DNA of 63,970 nt, the filler included, from Octopus bimaculoides (lineage: Eukaryota): NCBI RefSeq assembly GCF_001194135.2. It is 7 parts of 6 records of this genome, joined end to end, with 100 filler letters (N's around TTAATTAATTAA, not from the genome) between each part and the next. Parts side by side here need not be neighbours in the genome. Positions count along the whole stretch, not along the records: positions 1 to 18,435 come from NC_068983.1; 6 more parts are not named here. One strand, written 5' to 3'. Under the pieces are notes generated by a model. That model made no database searches. It was not told the DNA's origin and saw only the letters and a list, made by a program, of their open reading frames with translations. Positions within the stretch are counted from its first letter, which is position 1. Each line of letters opens with the position of its first letter. Both the position numbers and the translations under genes were made by a program. Shown in pieces: positions 1 through 9,214 of this stretch.

Positions 1-201
1 TAAAAAAAAAAATCATAAATTAAAAAATTTTCCTTTTTTCTATAGCGTAAATCTGTTTATGATGGAAAATATTGAAAGCACCAATACGTATTTAAGTGAG
101 AATAAAACTAGGGTGGTCTTGTGATGTGCTAGAAACAACAGCCAAATCTCCCTTAAATCACACACTTTTTCCTCCACCCCCTTCCAAAAAATTTTGCTTA
201 C

Positions 202-277
202 AGATTTCTTTGTAATCATAATCTACACTGTTTGAAAGGTATTTGTATAAAATTTCGTTAAAAAAATACTCGTTTTC
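202..277 (-). CDS. Candidate internal exon (phase 0 to 1) of an unidentified minus-strand gene: ENEYFFNEILYKYLSNSVDYDYKEI
   Basis: Minus strand reads ttttcccccctcataactttcag|GAAAAC...GAAATCT|gtaagc. 76 nt, open frame, in phase with the exon at 391-441 across a 113-nt GT-AG intron. Confidence 0.7.
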
Positions 278-390
278 CTGAAAGTTATGAGGGGGGAAAA
301 TGTCAGGTTGTGAGAATATTCCGAAGCTCCTCTCACCAATCCCTCAGAAAATTTTTTCCAACAAATCCTTACATACACTTACATACTTAC

Positions 391-441
391 AGGACCTAAG
401 CAATTATTTCTTGAAAGTTTCATTAAAAAGTATCCATTTTT
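391..441 (-). CDS. Candidate internal exon (phase 0 to 0): KNGYFLMKLSRNNCLGP
   Basis: Acceptor ttgcttcataacttccag, donor CCT|gtaagt. 51 nt; only the phase-0 frame is open and it joins 202-277 in frame. Confidence 0.7.
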
Positions 442-914
442 CTGGAAGTTATGAAGCAACAAAGTCGGTAGGGTATACATCTGTAGTTATGCCATATGTA
501 TGTATGTATGTATGAATGTATGTATGTATGTATGTATGTATGAATGTATGTATGTATCTATCTATCTATCTATATATATATATATATGTATATATATCAA
601 ATATCTGTATATGATGGTATGCATATACACACAAATGTAAGTCAATTATATATGTATATATACATACACACACACTCTCTCTCTCTCACATACACATGGG
701 AAAATATATATGTATGTATACGTATTTATGCCTATGTGTACGACTAGATGTGTGTCCATGTTTCTATGTGTGTATATATGTATGTGTGAGTATATTTATG
801 TTTATAGAGGATAGATATGCATATGTGTATATACTTTATCTGTACCTATGTTTATATCTGTGTCTTAGGCCCATCTGTGTTGTTTGTCATTATCTTGAAG
901 GTTGAGGGTCCTAC

Positions 915-942
915 CTTTGTTAATCTGTTTCTTTTGTTTCCT
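915..942 (-). CDS. Weak candidate small exon (phase 2 to 0): GNKRNRLTK
   Basis: Donor AAG|gtagga is good, acceptor ctaacatatcag is weak. Phase bridges 6014-6064 and 391-441. Confidence 0.25.
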
Positions 943-1043
943 CTGATATGTTAGGTATAAGTATGTCATCACTGTCTTTCACTTCCTAAAGTCTTTATCA
1001 GCACATAGAGACGCACACAGACTCACTCACATACAACCCCACC

Positions 1044-2560
1044 CAGTGTTGCCAACTTAAAATCACAATTTTATGCTAAATTTCAGTAGAAGAAATACCA
1101 AAAAATGCTAAAGACTAATTATATCAAAAAGCTTAATTTTTATCTATTTTCCTTAATTATATTCAGCATTGAGAAATAATTTCTTGAATTTCACTGATTT
1201 GATCACTTTCAGCTGCAGTGCCTAGGTCTTGACTTCTGAATACATTCAAGGTCCCACTCTTGTTAATTATGTGTTTTTGCAACATTTGCCACATCTTTTC
1301 TGACCATATTTTATAGACAGCATAGGAAGATGCATTTTGTTTTTCAATTTTGATTTCATTACACCCATACTACTGAACAACTGTTCAACTTCTGCATTTG
1401 AGTTTGGCAATGTCAATAGATTAATGGCAAAATCTGCAATATCTCTAAAAGGATTTCCTCCAGTAGCATCTTTATATTCCAAGACTTCCAGCCAGAATGT
1501 TTTAAAATGTTTTAAAATTAGATACAAAAATAAAAGGTAAAGTTCATTCCTAGAATCACAAAACATTTCATGTAACGTTTGTGCTGTAAAGCATTTTTCT
1601 TTTGTAATTGTAGTTTGGAAGTGACTTTGCAATTCAAACCATTGGCTTAAAATTCTATTTACAGCTAGTTGTACAAGAATTCAAAATCTTCGAAGGCTAT
1701 TTATCATTGATAGCAAGGTAAAGTTGTTTGTAGGCACTTGGTCTTGTTGAAGAATGAGAGAACCATTTATAGGTTTCGGATACTAAAAATTCTAAATTTA
1801 TGGGCAGATATTCAACACAAATATGGGATACTGTCAGCCGTAAAGAATGACATACACATCTAAATAGAAGTAATGATGGAACTTCTTTTAATTTCTGGAA
1901 AACACCATTGTTGACTCCTATCATTGCTCTAGCATTATCAGTTCCTATAGTCGGTAAATTTTTATATGTAATTTCTTTTTCTCTAATTAAAGTTTTAAGG
2001 CATCTACAATGCCATCTGCATCACATGTTTCTAAAGATACCATACTGAGATATGTATGTACCACTTTTTTGTGAGTGTCACTGTAATATATGTTAACAAT
2101 TCCTAACAACTTGTTTATCAATATATCATTGGATTCATCTAATAACAAGCTAAATTTCTATCTCTTATATCAGAAATCAAATCTCCATCAAAATATGGAG
2201 CTAGAAATATTTCTCACAATATTTGCTCATTTTGTACGATACAACTTCACTTTCGACATAATATCACTAACATATAATTCTTACATAACTCTATTAAGTG
2301 ATCACAGCTATTAAATGATGACTGGCAACAAATAAAGATTGCAAAATTTGCTTCAAGCATAGATGTCTTATCATTTTGGTTTTAATAAAATTGGTAAGAG
2401 AAATCATTTGTTGTGGAGTTGATACCTTATGTTTCTTTGCTTCACAGTGGCTTACTAAAAGAGAATATTTTGCCAACATATTACATCTACAATATCTGCA
2501 ATGTGCTTTAGATTGGTCACTAGGTACTTCACACAACCACTTAATAAATGCTGGCATCTT
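1044..2560 (-). mobile_element. Degraded hAT DNA transposon (transposase pseudogene)
   Basis: BED-finger-like WLCEVPSDQSKAHCRYC...HCEAKKH (2294-2557), catalytic-region GVNNGVFQKLKE...RCVCHSL (1697-1924), dimerisation motif LLTLPNSNAEVEQLFSSMGVMKSKLKNKM (1267-1632). hAT-type terminus CAGTGTTGCCAAC at 1044-1056; the other terminus was not found. Confidence 0.85.
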
Positions 2561-2691
2561 AAGCCATTCCTTTCAGAATTTTTGCTGGTACAACTGTGTT
2601 TTTACTTTGTTCATTATAATGTAGTGGGAAGCAAGAAAATAAATTGAATGATTAATAAAGATATAAAATTGAAAACACAACTTATCAGTTT

Positions 2692-2770
2692 GCGTGCACA
2701 CACTCATCCGTGTGCACACACTCATCAGCGTGCACACACTCATCAGCGTGCACACATACTCGTGCACACA
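2692..2770. repeat. 18-bp minisatellite, about 4 copies (gcgtgcacacactcatca)
   Basis: Tandem units visible directly. Confidence 0.8.
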
Positions 2771-2922
2771 CACACGCGCACACATACACACCCACACACA
2801 AGCTGGCCACCACATCGTCCAAACTTTCTGAAATCTTTCTCCTCTTCTCTTTCCCTATTTTTCAGGTTAATGCGTTGTAAGTGTCTCTGCCTGTCTCTGT
2901 TTGTGTATTTATTTCTTTTATA

Positions 2923-3126
2923 TCTTTTACTTGTTTCAGTCACTTGACTGCAGCCATGCTGGAGCACCACCTTTAGTCGAACAAATTGACCCCAAGTCTT
3001 ATTCTTTGTAAGCTTAGTACTTATCTTTTGCTGAGCCGCTAAGTTACTGGGATGTAAACACACCAACATTGGTTGTCAAGCAATGTGGGGGACAAACACA
3101 GATACACAAATACAAACATACATACA

Positions 3127-3169
<43 letters not shown>

Positions 3170-3315
3170 TTACAACGGGCTTCTTTCATTTTCCGTCTAC
3201 CAAATCCATTCACAAGGCTTTGGTTGGCCCGAGGCTATAATAGGTGTCACACAGTGGGACTGAACCTAAAACCATGTGGCCGGGAAACAAGCTTCTTACC
3301 ACACAGCCACACCTG
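2923..3315 (-). mobile_element. Full-length tRNA-derived SINE, main family of this window (about 390 bp, internal CA/TA microsatellite)
   Basis: On the minus strand: tRNA-like head (gtggctgtgtggtaagaagc...ggttcagtcccac), central gatttggtagacggaaa domain, tail ...gactgaaacaagtaaaaga. Many near-identical copies elsewhere in the window. Confidence 0.85.
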
Positions 3316-3397
3316 TTCCATTGATCGGATCAACTAGAACCCTCGACGTCGAAAGCGACGGAGTGCCAACAACATGTTCAATTATTTGAATGATATT

Positions 3398-3470
3398 TTA
3401 AAAATATTTATAACTAAAATTAAACTATAATTTTAAAATTAAAGTTTAATTTTAGTTATATATTTTTATA
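3398..3470. repeat. AT-rich palindrome (fold-back)
   Basis: tataactaaaattaaact (3409-3426) is the exact reverse complement of agtttaattttagttata (3443-3460); the spacer is also nearly self-complementary. Confidence 0.75.
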
Positions 3471-3850
3471 TAGAATTGTTTAATGTTTTTAATTTTTTAA
3501 TTTTTAATCTCAATTTTGTAATTTTTATAATGCATCCTTCTTATGATTAGCATACCTATGTCTAATAAGTGACAAGTATTAATTTGAGTCCTTAATCTCT
3601 GATTTAATTAAGCCACTTTCAATTTAGACTTTATTTTATGTATATACTTTATACTTTTAAAATTGCTTTATCTGAACTTTCTTATCCAAGTTTGGAATAT
3701 AATTATTCCTAACTTACTGTCTTCTAATGTGTAATGGAATATTCTCAATATTCTCCTTAGTGAATACCATCTTTCAAAATTTTTCCTTTAGAATTCTCCT
3801 TAACTCAGCATGTCTTCTAATCATTCTAGGCATTAAGAGAGACTCCCTTT

Positions 3851-4124
3851 AATCATGAATGACCATGGGATTGCACCTAGAGAGTTACCCTCTGAGGCAC
3901 AAGTCCGGGCAAGGATGTTTGTGGAAGGCCAGCAGTTGCCCATGCATACCAGCCTCCCCTCTCCACACCACTGATGTTATCCAAGGGAAAGGCAAAGGCC
4001 GATACAGCTTGACACTAGTGATGTCGCAACTCATTTCTACAGCTGAGTTAGCTGGAGCAATGTGAAATAAAGTGTCACATGATTGTAAGCTCGACACTCT
4101 AACCACTGAGCCATGCGCCTTCAC
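3851..4124 (-). mobile_element. tRNA-derived SINE, second family, with an internal deletion
   Basis: Minus-strand head gtgaaggcgcatggctcagtggttagagtg (A-box-like). The B-box region appears deleted at the junction aaagtgtc|acatgattg. Confidence 0.75.
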
Positions 4125-4319
4125 ACTTAAGCATAGTAGCTAAACAAAATAAAGTAACGAGAGCAAAATTTTACTTTTTTGGAGGGAAAGAGAGAGAGAG
4201 AGAGACATATAGACATACATACATATGTATACATGCATATATACATACATACATNNNNNNNNNNNNNNNNNNNNNNNNNNNNNNNNNNNNNNNNNNNNNN
4301 NNNNNNTATATATATATAT

Positions 4320-4790
4320 ATCATCATCATCATCGTTCAACGTCCGCTTTCCATGCTGGCATGGGTTGGACGATTTGACTAAGGACTGGCAAACCAGAAG
4401 GTTGCACCAGGCTCCAATCTGATCTGGCAGAGTTTCTACAGCTGGATGCCCTTCCTAACGCTAACCACTCCAAGAGTGTAGTAGGTGTTTTTACATACCA
4501 CCGGCACGAGGGCCAGTCACACGGTCCTGGCAATGGACACGCTCAAAATGGTGTTTTTTATGTGCCACCTGCACGGGAGCCAGTCCAGTGGCACTGGCAA
4601 CGACCTCGCTCAAATGATTTTCTAACGTGCCACCAGTACAAGAAGGCGACGCTGATAATGATTACGCCCAAATGGTGCTATTTACGGGCCACTAGCACGG
4701 GAGCCAGACACCTGCTCTGGCAATGAACATGCTCGGACAGTGCTGTTAGTGCTCCACTGGCGCAGGTGCCAGTCGTCAGGTTCGGTTATA
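4320..4790 (-). mobile_element. 3' UTR/tail fragment of an RTE-type retroelement with (TGA)n tail and about 60-66 bp internal subrepeats
   Basis: Minus strand ends ggaagggcatccagctgtagaaact...ccagcatggaaagcggacgttgaacgatgatgatga. Four diverged subrepeats (gcacgggagccag...ctggcaa) at 4484-4747. The RTE assignment is from recognition of the tail. Confidence 0.65.
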
Positions 4791-4800
4791 TATATATTAG

Positions 4801-4920
4801 AAAGATTAAAAAGGATTTCGAAAGCTGGTTTGAAATCCTTTTTAATCTTTCTTACACCCATTTATATTAAAATATGCTTTCACTTTAGCATTCTTCCTTA
4901 TTATTCTTTCCTTTGCTATA
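4801..4920. repeat. Truncated inverted copy of the fold-back element at 6368-6561
   Basis: Reverse complement of about 6368-6485, with loop aaagctggtt versus aaccagcttt. Confidence 0.85.
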
Positions 4921-5537
4921 TATATTTATATATATATATATAAACAATATATGAGTATATGCATATATATGTACATGTATGTACATACCTTAATCTACAT
5001 GTACATATAGATACATATCTGGGTACATGACGTTGCAAAAAAAAAACATGGATAAAATGATAAAGAAGTTACAAAAAACAAGCAGGCCACATAGAGGACA
5101 TATCCTTCATCAGTTGCCACCATTAAAACACTGGCGTTTCGAAGAGTTAAGGCAGGACGCATCGTTAAAATGGCTCTTCCCACGAACACAAATTAATTTT
5201 TTTTCGTGGATGATAGTGGCGGACGAAAAACAAGACAGGAAAACGAAACGGTGAAATAAACAAACAAAAAGGCTGTATAGCCAGACGTGGAGAAGTGTGT
5301 GTATATTGAACGCTGTGAAGCACGAACAGGAGAGGCGAAGAAATGCGTCCGAAGCTTAGGGAGTCAGAGACCGAAAAGAAATGGCATCCGGACATATGTG
5401 ACCAGCGAGGGGTAGGGAGAAAGGGTAGCAGAGGGAGAAGAAGGGGAGGAAGTAGAATATAAGTGAGCAACGAGAGGTAGAGAGGGAGAGAGATAGTAGT
5501 AGTGACGGGGAGAGGCGAAGGACGAGCAACGAGATAG

Positions 5538-5615
<78 letters not shown>

Positions 5616-5754
5616 TAGTGACAGGGAGAGGCGAAGAACAGTAGAAGGAAGAATGAGACGGGGAGATAAATACAGAGACAGAAAGAGTCGCGTCAGAAAA
5701 ATATAGTTCAAAACTTACTTGTAAAGTTGACGCGTGCGTTCGATCAAGTTTGTG

Positions 5755-5955
5755 TATCTGTGTCTCCCTCACCTACCATTGCTTGACAACCGATGTTGGT
5801 GTGTCTACATCCTGTAACTTAGCGGTTCGGCAAAAAAGACCGATAGAATAAGTAGTTACAGACAATAAGTTCTAGGGTTGATTTGTTCGACTAAAGGTGG
5901 TGCTCCAGCGTGGCCACAGTCAAATGAGTTAAACAAATAAAAGAGTAAAAGAGTA
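5755..5955 (+). mobile_element. 3' half of main-family SINE
   Basis: cttgacaaccgatgttggtgtg...aaatgagttaaacaaataaaagagtaaaagagt matches the tail of the 2923-3315 family. Confidence 0.8.
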
Positions 5956-6013
5956 CTGACTGTTATTTTCCAACATTGACATTTCACATTATCTTTTCTT
6001 TCTTAGCATTAAC

Positions 6014-6064
6014 CTTTTTCTGATGAATGAACTTCTTAAATTGCAAGAATGACAATTCATTTTA
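6014..6064 (-). CDS. Candidate exon (phase 2 to 2): KMNCHSCNLRSSFIRK
   Basis: Strong acceptor tcattatcattttctttgtag, donor AAG|gttaat, 51 nt, only one open frame. I found no phase 1-to-2 exon linking it to 12791-12865. Confidence 0.35.
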
Positions 6065-6169
6065 CTACAAAGAAAATGATAATGAATTGTAGTGGTACAT
6101 TCCACATCATATTCTCTCTCGCTCTCTCTCTCTTTGTATGTATGTAAATATGTATGTATGTATGTATAT

Positions 6170-6305
6170 ATATCACTCTTTCTTCCTGTTTCTTGAGTAA
6201 CGCTGCGATGGACTGGCATCCCGTCCAGCTGGGGGGAACACACACGCCATAGAAACCGGGAAACCGGACTCATGAGCCTACCTAGGCTTTAAAAGGGCGC
6301 ATAAA
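6170..6305 (+). mobile_element. SINE 3' fragment (ctgcgatggactggcatcccgtccag type)
   Basis: The same motif occurs at 27335-27360 at the end of a SINE. Confidence 0.55.
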
Positions 6306-6328
6306 TAAAAAAAATGTATGTTTGTATG

Positions 6329-6367
<39 letters not shown>

Positions 6368-6372
<5 letters not shown>

Positions 6373-6561
6373 AAAGGAAAAAATAATAAGGCAGAATGCT
6401 AAACTGAAAGCATATTTTAATATAAATGGGTGTAAAAAAGATTAAAAAGGATTTCAAACCAGCTTTCGAAATCCTTTTTAATCTTTTTTACACCTATATA
6501 TATTAAAATATGCTTTCAGTTTAGCATTCTGCCTTATTATTATTACTTTTTCCTTTCCTAT
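6368..6561. mobile_element. Fold-back / MITE-like palindromic element next to a (TA)n run
   Basis: Arms 6368-6455 and 6468-6561 are near-perfect reverse complements (a few mismatches, one 6-nt indel) around a 12-nt loop. Second copy at 4801-4920. Confidence 0.8.
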
Positions 6562-6625
6562 CATTTCTCCACATGCGATTAACACAACCCCACCATTTAC
6601 TGACTTATATATACATGCATACATA

Positions 6626-6969
6626 TTTAGGAAAGTGGGTTATATATCATTAGATATACACCTAACTTTCCTATATTAAATTAGAAGTGAACTGAACGCA
6701 GAAACTCCAAACTGATCAACAACAACAAATATTTATTGTACGGTGGAAAATAAAACAGCCTCCAATTGTCCAGTTTTAGAGTAGCCTGAAATGTAGATGT
6801 ACGGTTCCTCAAGCTGGTGTCGTTGTAGAGACAACTTGGTTCAACCACACTCAAATGGGAGAGCTTGCTTAGACGTCTTGCTTGGTCGCTGTCATGCCTG
6901 GTAAAGAGATAGAATAGCAGCGGGAACGCTTGGTTGTTTAATTCCACGCATGCGCACGGCGTTACTACA
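6626..6969 (-). mobile_element. Solo-LTR-like element (344 bp), termini TGTAGTAACG...CTTTCCTAAA
   Basis: Homologous at both ends to 59645-59995, internal AATAAA, flanked by a 4-bp direct repeat (TATG on minus, within a microsatellite). Confidence 0.7.
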
Positions 6970-7852
6970 CATACATACATACATACATACATACATACAT
7001 ACATACGTATATATATATANNNNNNNNNNNNNNNNNNNNNNNNNNNNNNNNNNNNNNNNNNNNNNNNNNNNNNNNNNNNNNNNNNNNNNNNNNNNNNNNN
7101 NNNNNNNNNNNNNNNNNNNNNNNNNNNNNNNNNNNNNNNNNNNNNNNNNNNNNNNNNNNNNNNNNNNNNNNNNNNNNNNNNNNNNNNNNNNNNNNNNNNN
7201 NNNNNNNNNNNNNNNNNNNNNNNNNNNNNNNNNNNNNNNNNNNNNNNNNNNNNNNNNNNNNNNNNNNNNNNNNNNNNNNNNNNNNNNNNNNNNNNNNNNN
7301 NNNNNNNNNNNNNNNNNNNNNNNNNNNNNNNNNNNNNNNNNNNNNNNNNNNNNNNNNNNNNNNNNNNNNNNNNNNNNNNNNNNNNNNNNNNNNNNNNNNN
7401 NNNNNNNNNNNNNNNNNNNNNNNNNNNNNNNNNNNNNNNNNNNNNNNNNNNNNNNNNNNNNNNNNNNNNNNNNNNNNNNNNNNNNNNNNNNNNNNNNNNN
7501 NNNNNNNNNNNNNNNNNNNNNNNNNNNNNNNNNNNNNNNNNNNNNNNNNNNNNNNNNNNNNNNNNNNNNNNNNNNNNNNNNNNNNNNNNNNNNNNNNNNN
7601 NNNNNNNNNNNNNNNNNNNNNNNNNNNNNNNNNNNNNNNNNNNNNNNNNNNNNNNNNNNNNNNNNNNNNNNNNNNNNNNNNNNNNNNNNNNNNNNNNNNN
7701 NNNNNNNNNNNNNNNNNNNNNNNNNNNNNNNNNNNNNNNNNNNNNNNNNNNNNNNNNNNNNNNNNNNNNNNNNNNNNNNNNNNNNNNNNNNNNNNNNNNN
7801 NNNNNNNNNNNNNNNNNNNNNNNNNNNNNNNNNNNNNNNNNNNNNNNNNNNN

Positions 7853-8750
7853 AAGTCAACACGTGAAAAAATTAGTTGAAGGATATGCTCAATCACCTTC
7901 CTGAAACAATAAACAAAAACACCCTACTAGTATCCTTCGATGTAGTCAACCTCTATTCCAATATCCCCCACAACCTAGGAATAGAAGCAATTCAATTCTG
8001 GCTAGAGAATTACGCCAACGAACACCTTCATCGCATCAAAAAAGAATTCATGATAGAAAGGCTCAAATTTATCTTGGAGAACAACTATTTTGTCCCATGC
8101 ATACCAGCCTCCTCTCTCCACACCACTGATGTTATCCAAGGGAAAGGCAAAGGTTGATACAGCTTGGTACTAGTGATGTCGCAACTCATTTCTATAGCTG
8201 AGTTAGCTGGAGCAATGTGAAATAAAGTGTCACATCCTTCAAAACATTCCCCTGGTAAAAAAGGACCACAGAATGAACTTAATCCTTCAAACACACAGCA
8301 TTATAAAAAGCAAGAGACAGGCCAAATCTATGAAAAGTCTCTTAACACAAGCTCGAATATGCTCAACAACAACACTGAAGCCGTCAGTAAAAAAATGCAG
8401 TAGACCCAACTGCGGGATATGCGTCAAACAGAGACAATGTTTCACAGTGAAAAGTAACTTCACATGTACTTCGGAGAACCTGATATACGCACTAACCTGC
8501 TCTGGGTGTCAAGAGCAGTACATAGGTCAAACAAAAAATAGTCTGTGTCAACGGATGGCTCTGCACAAATCCCAGATCAAAATTCCGAAAAACAGAAAAA
8601 TAGCATTCAGCCAACACATCGATATTTGCACCAATAACAAAAATCCAAGCCTCAGAATTTTACCCCTCTATCAATTCCAGAGACGATACAACCTACAGCC
8701 AAAGAATTAGTAAAGAGTCTCTCTTTATCACAAAATACAGATCCCTTCTG
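7853..8750 (+). mobile_element. Penelope-like retroelement remnant (RT fragment plus GIY-YIG endonuclease), RT core deleted
   Basis: LLVSFDVVNLYSNIPH...LKFILENNYF is a PLE RT motif. CSRPNCGIC...FTCTSENLIYALTCSGCQEQYIGQT...RMALH is a Cys motif plus GIY-YIG. Confidence 0.9.
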
Positions 8751-8907
8751 AACGCATCTACAACAAATGACATATCCACCACGACCTTAGAATAACACAC
8801 ACGCAAACATTATAAACAATACATTCAAAAGGGATTTCTCAAGAATTCAAATCACTACTGCTGTCAACAACAGGTCATTTTCAGGACACTTAACCAATTA
8901 ACACTCT

Positions 8908-8908
8908 G

Positions 8909-8977
<69 letters not shown>

Positions 8978-8990
8978 CTTCTTCTTCTTC
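8908..8990 (+). repeat. Compound (CTA)n(CTT)n microsatellite
   Basis: Direct. Confidence 0.95.
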
Positions 8991-9214
8991 AGACAGAAAC
9001 AAGGAAAATGCCCCTGTTATTTGAATACTATGCAAGTATGTTTTTATAAAGACTTTTCATTTAAATTTGCCAAAATTTAATTTTTCCAAAATTCAGTTGA
9101 AAAGATCTCAAGGATCGAAACTGGTACTGAAATGTTTTCTATAAAAGTATTTTAGCATTTTCTACCTTGACTTTCCCCCCCCACACACACACGCGCACAC
9201 ACACACACACACAC

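Noticed and set aside
391-441. SH2 (GxFLxR) or PH (GYLxK) domain reading of KNGYFLMKLS
   Set aside because: The invariant SH2 arginine is absent and the next exon does not continue either fold convincingly; product left unassigned.
5060-5160. CTGATGA and CGAAAC on the minus strand of the repeat at about 5020-5400 as a second hammerhead
   Set aside because: The order is permuted and stems I and II cannot be formed around the core.
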